Below are positions 9,607 through 22,901 of a stretch of 61,297 nucleotides of DNA, in pieces. The position numbers were made by a program, and so were the translations under genes. The stretch is from contig JAUSPO010000030.1 of NCBI GenBank assembly GCA_030656575.1, forward strand, positions 1 through 61,297, read 5' to 3'. Every line of letters starts with the position of its first letter. The first letter of the stretch is position 1. The notes under the pieces are model-generated. The model searched no databases and was not told the DNA's origin. It saw only the letters and a list, made by a program, of their open reading frames with translations. Source of the DNA: Bacillota bacterium. Lineage in GTDB: Bacteria > Bacillota > Dethiobacteria > DTU022 > UBA8154.

Positions 9607-10890
9607 ATGGATTTAAGTAAGCTCGGGTTTTCAACCAGGAGTGTTCATGCAGGTGCGGGTCCGGATCCTACTACAGGCGCAAGGGCCGTTCCAATTTACC
9701 AAACAACATCATTTGTATTTCGTGATACGGAACATGCCGAGGCATTATTTGCATTGAAGGAAGCGGGCAACATTTACTCACGGATCATGAATCCAACAAA
9801 CTCAGCACTGGAAGAACGAATAACTTCCCTAGAAGGTGGTGCGGGTGCGCTGGCCCTTGCTTCCGGGCAGTCAGCTATTTCACTTGCCTTATTAAATATC
9901 TGCGGCCAGGGGGATGAAATTATCTCTTCTTCAGGCCTTTACGGTGGAACATATAATCTTTTCAGCCATACTTTTGCTAAGTTTGGTATCAAGGTTTTTT
10001 TTGCCGGGGAAGGAGAGAAGGATCACTTCAAAAGATACATAGGGGAAAAGACGAAAGCATTCTATGTGGAAACATTGAGCAATCCACGACTGGACCTGCC
10101 TGACCTGGAAGGCCTGGCAGATCTTGCCCGGGAAACCGGGGTGCCCCTTATCGTTGATAATACCCTATTGACTCCTTTTCTTTTCAAACCTCTGGATTGG
10201 GGGGCTAATCTAGTGGTTTATTCTGCAACAAAGTATTTGGGGGGCCACGGTAATTCTATCGGGGGAATAATTGTGGACGGGGGAAATTTCCCCTGGAATA
10301 ATGGAAAATTTGCTGATTTATCAGAAGGAGATCCAACCTACCATAATATCAGTTATACTGATACTTTTGGTCCCAGCGCTTTTATTGTCAAGGCGAGGGT
10401 TCATCTCCTGCGGGATCTGGGCCCGGCGATGAGTCCTTTTAATGCTTTTCTATTCTTACAGGGGCTGGAAACTCTTTCTTTAAGAATGAAGAAGCATGTT
10501 CAGAACGCACAGGAAGTGGCAAAATTCCTTCATAGTCATAAAGGGGTGAAATGGGTTAATTACCCCGGCCTGCCATCCGGCCATTCTTACGGGAGAGCAC
10601 AGCGCTGCCTGCCTGAAGGAGCTGGGGCTATTATAACGTTTGGCCTTGCCGGCGGTAGCATAGGAAGCTTTATTAATTCCTTAAATCTTTTTTCGCTGCT
10701 GGCCAATGTGGGGGACGCCCGTTCTCTGGTCATTCATCCTGCGGGGACTACCCACCAACAGCTTTCTGAGGCTGAAAGGAACTTAGCGGGGGTCAGTGAT
10801 GACTTGATTCGTATTTCAATTGGCATCGAGGATGCTGAAGATCTAATCGCTGATTTAAAGCAGGCACTGGAAAGGTCTGAGCTAAGATGA
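9607..10890 (+). CDS. metY: O-acetylhomoserine aminocarboxypropyltransferase (sulfhydrylase)
   Basis: [35 protein letters not shown]. Confidence 0.93.
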   Translation: MDLSKLGFSTRSVHAGAGPDPTTGARAVPIYQTTSFVFRDTEHAEALFALKEAGNIYSRIMNPTNSALEERITSLEGGAGALALASGQSAISLALLNICGQGDEIISSSGLYGGTYNLFSHTFAKFGIKVFFAGEGEKDHFKRYIGEKTKAFYVETLSNPRLDLPDLEGLADLARETGVPLIVDNTLLTPFLFKPLDWGANLVVYSATKYLGGHGNSIGGIIVDGGNFPWNNGKFADLSEGDPTYHNISYTDTFGPSAFIVKARVHLLRDLGPAMSPFNAFLFLQGLETLSLRMKKHVQNAQEVAKFLHSHKGVKWVNYPGLPSGHSYGRAQRCLPEGAGAIITFGLAGGSIGSFINSLNLFSLLANVGDARSLVIHPAGTTHQQLSEAERNLAGVSDDLIRISIGIEDAEDLIADLKQALERSELR

Positions 10891-12053
10891 ACCCGTCTGA
10901 GGGCCGCTTTATAACAGGCGGTGAAAATATTTACCCTTCATATGAAGGAGACTATTATTTTACTTTTGCAGAGCCGCCGGATCGTTATATTCTTGAAAGC
11001 GGGATGCCTCTTGGCCCCATTACGGTCAATTACCAGACATATGGGACACTTTCTCCAAGTGGTGATAATGCAGTTTACCTTGCCCATGCGTTAACGGGGG
11101 GTTCACTGGCCGGCAAGCACCCAAAACCGGAGAAGGAGAGCGGCTGGTGGGAGCCCCTCGTAGGCCCGGGGAAGGCTTTTGACACTGATCGTTATTTTGT
11201 AATCTGCAGTAATGTATTAGGAAGTTGTTACGGCACCACGGGTCCTTCTTCAATTGATTTATCCAGGGGTAAAAATTTTGCCATGAACTTTCCCGTTGTT
11301 ACCATTGGCGATATGGTAAGAGTACAGAAGAAATTGCTTGATCATCTCGGCGTCAGGGAACTGGTTTGCGCAGCAGGTGGCTCCATGGGCGGCATGCAGG
11401 CTTTACAGTGGGCAGTATATTATCCTGATATGGTTCGGAGTGTTATTGCCGTGGCCTGCTCTGCCGTTTTTTCACCTATAGGGATTGCTTTTAATCAGGC
11501 TGAACGAAAGGCTATCATGAATGATCCTTCCTGGCGGCAGGGAGACTATTATGGAACAAGTTTCCCCTATAACGGGTTATCTCTTGCCAGGATGATTGGC
11601 ACTATTACTTATCGCAGCAATGAATCTTTTGAACAGCGCTTTGGCCGGTCTTTTCAGAATGCTGAAATGTGTAATCAATTTGCCTTCCATGAGCAGTTTG
11701 CAGTGGAAAGCTATTTGAATTACCAGGGAGAAAAGGTAACCTACCGCTTTGACCCGAATTCTTATCTTTACCTCTCCAAAGCTATGGATCTGCACGACCT
11801 GGGAAGAGGGTTCACTTCATTCCAGGCAGCGCTGAAGCGTGTTCGCTGTCCCGTTTTTCTGATGGGCATAAACACGGATATTCTCTTTTATCCCCAGGAA
11901 GTGCGCGGACTTGCCGTCGAAATGAGGCGTTGTGGCATAGATGCTCTTTATGAAGAGTTGAAGTCTCCTCATGGCCATGATTCATTCCTTATTGAATTTG
12001 AGGAGATGGAAAAATATATTAAATATTGTCTCTCTGAGGGCGAAAAACAGTAG
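10887..12053 (+). CDS. metX: Homoserine O-acetyltransferase
   Basis: HALTG, GGSMGG nucleophile elbow, HGHDSFL; overlaps the metY stop (ATGA). Confidence 0.93.
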   Translation: MNPSEGRFITGGENIYPSYEGDYYFTFAEPPDRYILESGMPLGPITVNYQTYGTLSPSGDNAVYLAHALTGGSLAGKHPKPEKESGWWEPLVGPGKAFDTDRYFVICSNVLGSCYGTTGPSSIDLSRGKNFAMNFPVVTIGDMVRVQKKLLDHLGVRELVCAAGGSMGGMQALQWAVYYPDMVRSVIAVACSAVFSPIGIAFNQAERKAIMNDPSWRQGDYYGTSFPYNGLSLARMIGTITYRSNESFEQRFGRSFQNAEMCNQFAFHEQFAVESYLNYQGEKVTYRFDPNSYLYLSKAMDLHDLGRGFTSFQAALKRVRCPVFLMGINTDILFYPQEVRGLAVEMRRCGIDALYEELKSPHGHDSFLIEFEEMEKYIKYCLSEGEKQ

Positions 12054-12159
12054 ATTTTGGTTTATTGGGGGGGGCTATCTTCCCAATATGGGTATTGTTA
12101 GAAAAATTATTCTTTAATATATGTCAATCTGTGGTATAATAAAATGAATTTGAAACTAC

Positions 12160-12194
<35 letters not shown>

Positions 12195-12316
12195 GAGATA
12201 ACCGTCGAAACCGAAGGATCTTGGATACGGTGATATTTCCGAAATAATTGTTAAAAAAGAAAGGGGGGCTGCCTTTTCTGTGCGGGGACATCTCCTATTG
12301 CAGGAAGGGCGACATT

Positions 12317-12934
12317 TTGATCCTTGAAAGATTAGAGGTAGGTTCTTTTGCTTCAAACTGCTACCTTGTTGCCTGTCCGGAGACAAAGCAAGCTATAATA
12401 ATAGATCCTGGCGCTGAAGGCAAGTTTATTATCAAACGTGTTAATGAACTTGGACTGAACGTTAAATATATTATTAATACACATGCTCATATTGATCATA
12501 TTGGGGCTAACGGTGATGTTAAGGAAGCCTTTAACGTTCCAATACTTGTTCATGAGGCGGAAGCCCCAATGTATCGAAGTCCTCAGTCAAGCCTTGCTCT
12601 TTTTATGGGTAAGAATAAAATGGCGCCGCCTGATCAAACCCTTAAAGAAGGCGATCTGCTCGAGTTGGGGAGTTTAACTATTAAGGTCCTGGATACTCCC
12701 GGACACACTGCCGGGGGTATTTGTCTTGATATCAATGGTGTTCTCTTTTCCGGGGATACTCTTTTTAACAGTTCTATTGGACGCACCGACCTGCCGGGAG
12801 GTTCTTACCGGCAGATCCTTGAAAGTATCCGGGAAAAGATTTTAATTTACCCTGATAATACAAAGGTTTTTCCTGGCCATGGGCCTCCAACAACAGTTGG
12901 GGATGAGCGTCGTTATAATCCTTTTCTAACATAG
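12317..12934 (+). CDS. MBL-fold metallo-hydrolase (glyoxalase II-like)
   Basis: THAHIDHIG, TPGHT, FSGDTLF, PGHG; likely start TTG12317. Confidence 0.9.
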   Translation: MILERLEVGSFASNCYLVACPETKQAIIIDPGAEGKFIIKRVNELGLNVKYIINTHAHIDHIGANGDVKEAFNVPILVHEAEAPMYRSPQSSLALFMGKNKMAPPDQTLKEGDLLELGSLTIKVLDTPGHTAGGICLDINGVLFSGDTLFNSSIGRTDLPGGSYRQILESIREKILIYPDNTKVFPGHGPPTTVGDERRYNPFLT

Positions 12935-13049
12935 GCAAGTAACATAGGCAAAAACATAATAAATAGTATATTTTTAAGATGCATTTTGGTATAATTGCAG
13001 AAGTGTACCTAAACGCTTATTCTTTTAAACTGTGGAAGAGGTGATTATC

Positions 13050-13508
13050 ATGATTACAAAGCCGGAAAGATTCTTAATTGTAGCAGCGACAGCAGAGGCA
13101 AATCATGCCTTAACGGCATTTGATGCAGCTTTACTAAAAGCAGGTATCGGGAATGTTAACCTCGTAAGGCTCAGCAGCATCCTCCCCCCGGGATGTAAAG
13201 AAGAAAAAGACGGAATAAATTTTCCACCCGGTGCTTTTGTGCCTACGGCCTATGGGGCCATCTGCAGTGAAAAAGAAGGGGAATTACTGGCAGCGGCTGT
13301 TGGCATAGGTTTTTCTGAAGATAGTTTTGGAGTTATTATGGAGCATTCGGGAAATTGCAGCGCTGAAGCTGCCGTGGCCAAAGTTGAGGAAATGATTAGG
13401 GAAGCATTTGCAAACCGGGGCGTAGAGCTGAAGGGAATAAAAGTAAAAAGTGTGGAACACAGGGTGGAAAAAGCAGGTGCTGCCCTGGCTGCTGTAGCTC
13501 TTTGGTAG
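13050..13508 (+). CDS. pdaD: Pyruvoyl-dependent arginine decarboxylase
   Basis: AFDAALLKAGIGNVNLVRLSSILPP with Ser-Ser autocleavage site. Confidence 0.88.
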   Translation: MITKPERFLIVAATAEANHALTAFDAALLKAGIGNVNLVRLSSILPPGCKEEKDGINFPPGAFVPTAYGAICSEKEGELLAAAVGIGFSEDSFGVIMEHSGNCSAEAAVAKVEEMIREAFANRGVELKGIKVKSVEHRVEKAGAALAAVALW

Positions 13509-13515
13509 GAGTGAC

Positions 13516-13550
13516 TCAGAATTCAGAATTCAGTAGTCAGAATTCAGGAT
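13516..13550. repeat. Heptamer tandem repeat (TCAGAAT-like) x5
   Basis: TCAGAAT TCAGAAT TCAGTAG TCAGAAT TCAGGAT. Confidence 0.85.
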
Positions 13551-13595
13551 GCCTGGATAAAAACAACAATATTAGCGCGAGGTTGGTGAAGAGGT

Positions 13596-14429
13596 TTGGA
13601 AATGGAGCTCTGGTATACTGAAAAGCAGACTCCCGGCCTGGGGCTTTCCTGTAAAATAAAAGAAACCTTATACCGGACGAAAACAGATTATCAGGAATTG
13701 GCAGTTCTTGATACTTTTCAATTTGGGCGTATGCTGGTTTTAGACGGCATGGTCCAGACAACAATCGCCGACGAGTTTGTTTACCATGAAATGATTACCC
13801 ATATCCCTATGCGGACTCACCCAAACCCCCGGAATGTGCTTGTTATTGGAGGTGGCGATGGGGGAGCTGTAAGGGAAATAATCAAATACCCAGATCTGGA
13901 GAAGGTCACACTGGTGGAAATTGATACAGAGGTTGTTAACGCCTCAAAAAGGTTTCTGCCTGAAATTAGTTCCTTCCTTGAAGATTCCAGGGTTAATGTC
14001 ATGATTGCTGATGGAATAGAATATGTCCGCTCCCATGAAGAGGCCTTTGATGTTATCATCGTTGACTCAACAGAACCAGTCGGCCCGGCGGTGGGGTTAT
14101 TCGGTTCTCCCTTTTATGAGGGAGTGTTCAGAGCCTTAAAAGAGGATGGCATTTTAGTTGCACAAACTGAATCTCCTTTTTTTAACGCTGATTTAATCCG
14201 TACTGTATACAGGAGGATTAAAGCTATTTTTCCTCTTGCTCATCTTTATCTGGCTTCTGTGCCAACATACCCAAGCGGCTTGTGGAGTTTTACGATGGGT
14301 TCTAAACGGTATACTCCCCTGGAGCCGGCGGGAAAATGGAGTCCAGAGGATACTAAGTATTATACTTCAGATCTTCACACCAGTTCTTTTTCCCTTCCCC
14401 GTTTCGTACAGGACCTATTAAAAGACTAA
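13596..14429 (+). CDS. speE: Polyamine aminopropyltransferase
   Basis: [33 protein letters not shown]. Confidence 0.95.
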   Translation: MEMELWYTEKQTPGLGLSCKIKETLYRTKTDYQELAVLDTFQFGRMLVLDGMVQTTIADEFVYHEMITHIPMRTHPNPRNVLVIGGGDGGAVREIIKYPDLEKVTLVEIDTEVVNASKRFLPEISSFLEDSRVNVMIADGIEYVRSHEEAFDVIIVDSTEPVGPAVGLFGSPFYEGVFRALKEDGILVAQTESPFFNADLIRTVYRRIKAIFPLAHLYLASVPTYPSGLWSFTMGSKRYTPLEPAGKWSPEDTKYYTSDLHTSSFSLPRFVQDLLKD

Positions 14430-14454
14430 AAAACAACAGGAAGGTTATGAAACG

Positions 14455-15321
14455 ATGTCCTCATTGCTACCCCTTACGGAAAATACGGGTATTTTCATGG
14501 CCTCCGGCAGTGAGTTGGAAAAGGCGAAAGGAGTAATCCTGGGTGCCCCTCTTGATGATACAAGCTCTTTCAGGTCGGGCAGCCGCTTTGCTCCTTCGTC
14601 CGTTCGAACAGTCTCCAGGGCTCTGGAAGAACACAGCATCTATCTGGCAAAGGATTTAAGGGATATCTCCTTTTACGATGCCGGAGATCTTGTTTTTCCT
14701 GCCGGAGGAATCAGCTCTTCGCTGGAGATAATCTCCACAGGAGTATCACGCTGTTTAGAGATGGGCAAAAAACCTTTTCTCATAGGTGGAGAACATACTG
14801 TAACTTACGGCGCTGTGAAGGGATGCCTGGATTTTTACAAAGAAATTACCGTTATTTTTATTGATGCTCACGCAGATCTGCGTCCCACTTATCAGGGAAT
14901 AGAGCATTCACATGCAGCTGTTGCTTATCTGTTACAGCAGTTAAAAGGCATAACCCTCTATCAGTTTGGAGTGCGTTCCGCTGACAAAGAAGAAATGTCT
15001 ATACTGGCAAAGGGAAATGCCTCTCTCTTTTCAGTGCTTAAACCTTTAAAAACATTACTTCCCAGGCTTAAAAATTCTTTCCTTTATATTACACTGGACA
15101 TAGATGTAGTGGACCCTGCTTTTGCGCCGGGAGTCTCTGCTCCTGAACCGGGGGGAATTTTTTCCGGAGAGGTTCTGGAGATTTTTTCGTTATTTCAGGA
15201 TTATAAGGAACAGATCATCGGCTTTGACCTGGTGGAAATCTGCCCTCCTTATGATCATTCCCAGATAACAGCAATTTTGGGCGCAAAAATTATGCGTGAA
15301 GCATTACTTTCCCTGTTGTAA
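14455..15321 (+). CDS. speB: Agmatinase / ureohydrolase
   Basis: GGEHT, DAHAD, DIDVVDPAFAPG. Confidence 0.9.
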   Translation: MSSLLPLTENTGIFMASGSELEKAKGVILGAPLDDTSSFRSGSRFAPSSVRTVSRALEEHSIYLAKDLRDISFYDAGDLVFPAGGISSSLEIISTGVSRCLEMGKKPFLIGGEHTVTYGAVKGCLDFYKEITVIFIDAHADLRPTYQGIEHSHAAVAYLLQQLKGITLYQFGVRSADKEEMSILAKGNASLFSVLKPLKTLLPRLKNSFLYITLDIDVVDPAFAPGVSAPEPGGIFSGEVLEIFSLFQDYKEQIIGFDLVEICPPYDHSQITAILGAKIMREALLSLL

Positions 15322-15338
15322 TTGAAGTAAAGGCTTAG

Positions 15339-17003
<1,665 letters not shown>

Positions 17004-17172
17004 ATTACTTTTGGCGTATTTTATTATTGAGGAATGATATTACAAGTAGCAAAATAATATAATTATAGATATTAAACTTTGTAATTAATGATCGTTCCTT
17101 CCGCTCACCCCGGGTAAAAACCTGTTCTTTTCTTCCTGAAATGGTTCTATTGCCTGGTGGAAAGGAGAAACT

Positions 17173-17841
17173 ATGTTTAAAAGGTTTTTCGTAGTTTTTT
17201 TCAATACACTGTTTCACCCAAAAAAAGGTTTTGCCCGTATTTCTGAAAATCGAAATATTTGGAATGGTTTGGTCGTATACTTACTCATCAACCTGTTCGT
17301 ATCCCTGGCAGCAATTTATTTTACCCATGGCAGGTCAGTGCAGGAGGGTTTTTATCTTCCGCCAGAGTTTCCCCCATTTTTTACTCCTGAAATAATTGAA
17401 GGTGTATTTCGTTTTGTACCTTTGGTAAACCTATTATTGCAGTTAGTGTTCGTTCCTCTCTATTTTCTGCTTATGGTTGGAATTCTCCATCTTGTGGCAG
17501 AGCTTTTCGGGGGAAAGGGCAGCGTTTCAAGCCTGGGGGCTGTTCTGGGATATGGGCATATCCCATATCTGATTATAGCTCTTGGCTTTTTGACACGTGA
17601 TACTGCTCTAAATATCATTGGTTTACTGACTATAGCTGCTTTTCTATGGTCATTATGGCTTAAGATAGTGGGACTGAAGATTGTAAATGAATTTTCATGG
17701 GGCCGTACCGTGTTGGTTTATTTTATGCCGGTTATCAGCCTTACAGCAGCTTTTCTCATTTTTATGCTCCTCTCAATCGTCTTCTTAACTCCACTATTGA
17801 TGCAGATTATTGATGGATTTATTTCAGTGCCGTATTTCTAG
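17173..17841 (+). CDS. Yip1-family membrane protein
   Basis: LFHPKKGF start, several TM helices, LHLVAELFGGKG. Confidence 0.75.
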   Translation: MFKRFFVVFFNTLFHPKKGFARISENRNIWNGLVVYLLINLFVSLAAIYFTHGRSVQEGFYLPPEFPPFFTPEIIEGVFRFVPLVNLLLQLVFVPLYFLLMVGILHLVAELFGGKGSVSSLGAVLGYGHIPYLIIALGFLTRDTALNIIGLLTIAAFLWSLWLKIVGLKIVNEFSWGRTVLVYFMPVISLTAAFLIFMLLSIVFLTPLLMQIIDGFISVPYF

Positions 17842-17875
17842 TCTTGGGGAAAACATCGAAAGGAGAAGGTAAAAA

Positions 17876-18730
17876 ATGAATCTTGTTAGATTAGGCGACG
17901 TTCTGGGGCCTGCTGAAAAGGGCGGTTATGCAGTGGGAGCGTTTAATGCCAATAACATGGAAATTGTCCAGGCTATTATTGAAGCTGCAGTGGAAGAGCG
18001 TTCGCCGGTAATAATACAGGCTAGTCAGGGGGCTATTAAATATGCCGGTCTTGAATTTATTGTGGCGCTTGTAAAAACAGCAGCTCAGAATGCAGATGTC
18101 CCAGTAGTTTTACACCTCGATCATGGAACGGATTTTGCTCAAGTGATGCGCTGCATACGTCATGGGTTCAGCTCTGTCATGTACGACGGTTCCAAGCTGC
18201 CTCTTGAAGATAACATTTTAATGACCAGCCGTGTGATTGAAATTGCCCGGGCAGTCGGTGTATCTGTCGAGGCAGAATTGGGTAAAATCGGGGGAACTGA
18301 AGATGATGTTTCTGTTGAGGAGAGAGATGCGCTATTTACAGATCCCAGGGAAGCAGAGATATTTGCAAGGGAGACGGGTGTTGATGCCCTTGCCATAGCT
18401 ATTGGAACAGCTCATGGTGTTTATAAAGGGGAGCCTAAACTGGATTTTCCCCGCTTAAAAAGGATAAGGGAACTTACGGATGTCCCTATCGTGCTGCACG
18501 GATCCTCCGGTGTCCCTGATGATGCTATCCGGCAGGCGGTAGAACTGGGAGTAAGCAAGATCAATATTGATACTGACATTCGCCAGGCATTTATGGGAAA
18601 AGCTGCTGAGCATATGAGGGAAAATCCTGATAATATAGACCCACGAAAACTGCTGGCGCCGGCTAAAGAAAGCGCCAAAAAAATCATTAAAGAAAAGATG
18701 CGTCTATTCGGTTCTGCCGGAAAAGCTTAA
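17876..18730 (+). CDS. fba: Class II fructose-bisphosphate aldolase
   Basis: HLDHG, SVEAELG, GTAHG, VLHGSSG. Confidence 0.95.
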   Translation: MNLVRLGDVLGPAEKGGYAVGAFNANNMEIVQAIIEAAVEERSPVIIQASQGAIKYAGLEFIVALVKTAAQNADVPVVLHLDHGTDFAQVMRCIRHGFSSVMYDGSKLPLEDNILMTSRVIEIARAVGVSVEAELGKIGGTEDDVSVEERDALFTDPREAEIFARETGVDALAIAIGTAHGVYKGEPKLDFPRLKRIRELTDVPIVLHGSSGVPDDAIRQAVELGVSKINIDTDIRQAFMGKAAEHMRENPDNIDPRKLLAPAKESAKKIIKEKMRLFGSAGKA

Positions 18731-18762
18731 GGTGAAAAATAATTTTTTAATGGGAGATTAGC

Positions 18763-19434
18763 ATGGTTAAATTTTTTCTTGATTCAGCCAACCTGGAGGA
18801 AATAGAAGAATCTGTTTCGTGGGGAGTTATTTCCGGAATAACGACAAATCCTACATTAATAGCTAAAGAAAGCGGCATGTCCTTTGAGCCAATGGTTAAA
18901 CAGATATGTGCACTGCTTGGAAATAATCCCGTAAGTGTGGAAGTGTTGGGTACGGATACAGACAGTATGGTTAATGAAGCGCGGCTGCTGTCTGCTGTTG
19001 CCTCTAACCTGGTCGTGAAAATACCCATGGGTATAGAAGGGTTAAAAGCCGTTTACAGATTAAACCAGGGGAAAAAGAAGATAGCATGTAATGTCACCCT
19101 CGTTTTTTCTGTAAACCAGGCTCTACTTGCCGCACGGGCAGGAGCAGCCTATGTTAGCCCCTTTGTCGGGCGTCTTGATGATATTAGCTGGGATGGGGTC
19201 GGACTTGTAAGGGAAATGGCAGGTGTTTTTAAAATACATGGAATAAAGACGGAGATTATTTCAGCAAGTATCCGTCATCCACGTCATGTCCACGAAGTGG
19301 CGGCAGCAGGATCAGATATTGTAACTGTCCCTTTTTCTGTTTTGCGGCAGATGGCCAATCATCCCCTTACCGATTTGGGTGTGGAACGTTTTTTGCGTGA
19401 TTGGGAACGCTCACGTGAGAGTGAGGAGATGTAG
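18763..19434 (+). CDS. fsa: Transaldolase / fructose-6-phosphate aldolase
   Basis: GITTNPTL, VVKIP, YVSPFVGRLDD. Confidence 0.93.
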   Translation: MVKFFLDSANLEEIEESVSWGVISGITTNPTLIAKESGMSFEPMVKQICALLGNNPVSVEVLGTDTDSMVNEARLLSAVASNLVVKIPMGIEGLKAVYRLNQGKKKIACNVTLVFSVNQALLAARAGAAYVSPFVGRLDDISWDGVGLVREMAGVFKIHGIKTEIISASIRHPRHVHEVAAAGSDIVTVPFSVLRQMANHPLTDLGVERFLRDWERSRESEEM

Positions 19435-19474
19435 TTAAAATACTGCAAATCTTAAAGGGGGAGGAAGCTAATTT

Positions 19475-20476
19475 ATGGAACGGGAGCTGGCTTTGGAATT
19501 TGTACGGGTAACGGAGGCGGCTGCCCTGGCAACAGGGAGGCTGATGGGTCGGGGGGATAAGATTGCTGCCGATAATGCTGCTGTGGAGGCTATGCGTATG
19601 GCTTTTGACACAGTATATATCGACGGAGTTGTAGTAATAGGTGAAGGTGAAATGGATGAGGCTCCCATGCTTTATATCGGTGAAAAAGTAGGGGCCGGCA
19701 CACCTCCACTTGTTGATGTTGCGGTTGATCCCCTGGAAGGTACTAATCTAGTTGCAAAGGGTCTCCCAAATGCTCTTTCAGTCTTAGCGGTTGCTCCCCG
19801 GAACTGCATCCTGCATGCTCCTGATATGTATATGGATAAAATCGCTGTTGGCCCCAGGGCTGTGGGCTGTATTAACCTGGATGCCACTGTTGAGGAGAAT
19901 ATAAAGAGAGTTGCAGCAGCTTTAAAAAAAAAGGTGGAGGATGTTGTGGCCATCATCCTTGATCGGCCCCGCCATGAGTATATTATCAATGAACTCCGCC
20001 GGCTGGGTGCACGGGTAAAGCTCATCAGTGACGGGGATGTTTCTGCTGCGATTGCAACTGCTGTTGATTGGACTGGCGTGGATATTCTTTTCGGTATAGG
20101 CGGCGCTCCGGAAGGAGTACTGGCAGCGGCTGCCCTTAAGTGCCTTGGTGGGGAAATCCAGGGTAGGCTTGTTCCGGAAGACGAGAGGGAAAGAACTAGG
20201 ATTATAAGTATGGGTTTGGAAAATCCCGAACAGCTGCTGCTTATGAAAGACTTAATCAAAGGAGACGATGTAATTTTCGCCGCCAGCGGGATCACGGACG
20301 GCGATTTCCTCCAGGGTGTAAGGTACGCCGGGGATCGGGCCACTACTCATTCAGTTGTGATGAGGAGCATGACCGGGACAGAACGCTTTATTAAGGCTAC
20401 CCATCGGCTGGACATTAAACCTCATTATGTTGCAAGAGGCTGCTCCGGAGGGCTTAATCCGAGGGACAGGGGGTAA
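19475..20476 (+). CDS. glpX: Class II fructose-1,6-bisphosphatase
   Basis: [29 protein letters not shown]. Confidence 0.96.
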   Translation: MERELALEFVRVTEAAALATGRLMGRGDKIAADNAAVEAMRMAFDTVYIDGVVVIGEGEMDEAPMLYIGEKVGAGTPPLVDVAVDPLEGTNLVAKGLPNALSVLAVAPRNCILHAPDMYMDKIAVGPRAVGCINLDATVEENIKRVAAALKKKVEDVVAIILDRPRHEYIINELRRLGARVKLISDGDVSAAIATAVDWTGVDILFGIGGAPEGVLAAAALKCLGGEIQGRLVPEDERERTRIISMGLENPEQLLLMKDLIKGDDVIFAASGITDGDFLQGVRYAGDRATTHSVVMRSMTGTERFIKATHRLDIKPHYVARGCSGGLNPRDRG

Positions 20477-20527
20477 CCTGGGGCTGCAGACTCATGAGTT
20501 GGCAAAAACCGGGGTATAATAGAACAT

Positions 20528-21523
20528 ATGTGGCTAATGTTTTTCTTCAGCGCTGCCTTAATTGTTACTGCTGGCACACTGTTAACCAAAAATGCTGAAA
20601 AAATTTCAAAGGGGTTTAATTTAAGCACTGTCTGGGCAGGAGCCCTTCTGCTGCCCCTGGCTACTTCTTTACCAGAGCTGGTTACATCCTACAGAGCTGC
20701 CATCATCAGGGCTCCTGATTTGGCTGGAGGAAATATCTACGGCAGTATTATTTTTAACCTTACCCTAATTGGCTTGATTGACATGGTGCAGGGAAGAGGT
20801 CCGCTTAAGGCCAGACGTAAGAAAAGCCTGATTTTAACTGCTCTCCTGAGTATTACTGTGATCATTTTATCAATGCTTGGTGTTATTTTGGCATTGCCTT
20901 ATCGTATTGGCTGGGTAGGTATTGACAGTATCAGTATCCTTATTGCTTACCTGGTGGGAAGCAAAATAATTATCGGTTTTGAAAATAAGTCCCAAAACAG
21001 GGACAGGCATGGTCAGAAAACTCGTACTGCGCCTGCAGTTTCAAAGACGAAAGAATTTTATCATGCACTGGCATTATTTTCCTTTGCCGCGGTAATAATT
21101 ATTATTGCTGGAACAAACCTGACAGACGCCGCTGATTTAATCTCTTCCGAGACTGGCCTGAACAGGACCCTTGTAGGTTCCATCTTTATTGCGGTCACCA
21201 CTTCCCTTCCTGAACTGGTAACAACCATGACAGCAGTTCGACTTGGTTATGTGGAAATGGCCATCGCAAATGTTTTCGGGGCAAATCTTTTTAACATATT
21301 AATTTTCTTTTTTACTGATCTTTTCTACTCTCCTGGCCCACTTTTTAACGACCTGTCCCCTCAAAATTTAATTACTGCTCTAATGGGAATTCTCTTAACT
21401 ACGGTAGTAATTTTTACCCTTGTTTATCCATCGCGTCGACAGTTTTTAAGAATGGGTATTCCGTCATTCATAATCATCTTTGGTTATCTGTTAACTTTTA
21501 TTTTCCTTTTTTCATTCCAATAA
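20528..21523 (+). CDS. Sodium:calcium antiporter family protein
   Basis: Two ATSLPE/TTSLPE alpha repeats and many TM helices. Confidence 0.88.
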   Translation: MWLMFFFSAALIVTAGTLLTKNAEKISKGFNLSTVWAGALLLPLATSLPELVTSYRAAIIRAPDLAGGNIYGSIIFNLTLIGLIDMVQGRGPLKARRKKSLILTALLSITVIILSMLGVILALPYRIGWVGIDSISILIAYLVGSKIIIGFENKSQNRDRHGQKTRTAPAVSKTKEFYHALALFSFAAVIIIIAGTNLTDAADLISSETGLNRTLVGSIFIAVTTSLPELVTTMTAVRLGYVEMAIANVFGANLFNILIFFFTDLFYSPGPLFNDLSPQNLITALMGILLTTVVIFTLVYPSRRQFLRMGIPSFIIIFGYLLTFIFLFSFQ

Positions 21524-21561
21524 ATAAACAAAATCAGAAAGAAAGTGAGAGTAAGTATTTT

Positions 21562-22806
21562 ATGCATTTAAGTGAACTGGAAGCTATGAATCTTGATGAA
21601 CTGCACCTTATCGCCAAAGAAACCGATATCAAGGGCGCAGGAAATCTCAAAAAAAAGGATCTGATCTTTGCCATTTTAAAACAAGAGGCAGAGTCGGAAG
21701 GACTCATTTTTACACAGGGTGTTTTGGAGATAATGGGCGACGGCTATGGTTTTTTACGCCGTGTCAACTACCTTCCCCATGAAGACGATATTTATATATC
21801 AGCTTCTCAAATTCGCCGTTTTGGCCTGCGAACGGGAGATGTTGTTTCCGGGAAGGTGCGGCCTCCTAAGGAAAATGAACGTTATTTTGCCCTTTTGCAT
21901 GTGGAGGCGGTTAACAACGAGGACCCTGAAAAAGCTTTAGGGCGTCCGTTTTTTTCAGAATTAATTCCTATTCATCCCGATGAGCAGTTAATTCTTGAAA
22001 AGGATACCGATGATATGGCCACACGTATTATTGATCTTCTCATTCCTATTGGAAAGGGACAGCGGGGACTGATTGTATCGCCTCCTAAGGCAGGAAAAAC
22101 CATTTTATTAAAAAAAATTGCCAATAGTTTAACAGAGAATTATCCTTCTCTGGAACTCATTGTCCTGCTCATTGATGAAAGGCCCGAAGAGGTTACGGAT
22201 ATGCGAAGATCGGTAAAAGGAGAAGTTTTGAGTTCAACTTTTGATGAGAAACCGGACAACCATATCCGCCTGGCCGAACTTGTCTTTGAAAGGGCTCAGC
22301 GGCTCGTGGAACAAGGCCGTGATGCCGTGATCCTTCTTGACAGCATTACCAGGCTTACTCGGGCATATAACCTCGTTATTCCTTCCAGCGGAAGGACGCT
22401 TTCCGGTGGTATCGACCCTGCTGCTTTTTATAAACCCAAGCGTTTTTTTGGGGCGGCCCGTAACATTGAAGGAGGAGGAAGCCTTACAATACTTGCCACA
22501 GCCCTGGTGGAAACAGGAAGCCGCATGGATGATGTGGTTTATGAAGAATTCAAGGGCACTGGCAACCTGGAACTGCATCTGGATCGTAAAATTGCTGAAC
22601 GAAGACACTTTCCCGCCATAGATATAACCCGATCCGGTACCCGCCGTGAGGAGCTGCTCCTTGACAGTAACACCATAGAATTAATGTGGGCTCTGCGCCG
22701 TACCATGAATGTTACTTCAGCAGCAGAATTTTTAGAGGCTCTTACCGGACGGTTGAAGAAAACAGTGGACAACGCTTCTTTTCTGGCAAACCTTCACAAT
22801 TTATAG
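21562..22806 (+). CDS. rho: Transcription termination factor Rho
   Basis: [30 protein letters not shown]. Confidence 0.98.
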   Translation: MHLSELEAMNLDELHLIAKETDIKGAGNLKKKDLIFAILKQEAESEGLIFTQGVLEIMGDGYGFLRRVNYLPHEDDIYISASQIRRFGLRTGDVVSGKVRPPKENERYFALLHVEAVNNEDPEKALGRPFFSELIPIHPDEQLILEKDTDDMATRIIDLLIPIGKGQRGLIVSPPKAGKTILLKKIANSLTENYPSLELIVLLIDERPEEVTDMRRSVKGEVLSSTFDEKPDNHIRLAELVFERAQRLVEQGRDAVILLDSITRLTRAYNLVIPSSGRTLSGGIDPAAFYKPKRFFGAARNIEGGGSLTILATALVETGSRMDDVVYEEFKGTGNLELHLDRKIAERRHFPAIDITRSGTRREELLLDSNTIELMWALRRTMNVTSAAEFLEALTGRLKKTVDNASFLANLHNL

Positions 22807-22901
22807 CATAACTGCCATTTCTCTGGAGAATCCTATCTAGCAGTTGCATAATTATTTTCTTTGAGTAAAGAATAAGAACAGGTATAACAGGGAGTGGCAA
22901 A

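Noticed and set aside
19672-20343. 223-aa antisense ORF inside glpX (and similar shadows in topB, pyrG, fba, rho, glyA, ATPase and MATE genes)
   Set aside because: Fully overlaps well-supported genes on the opposite strand and shows no protein motifs.
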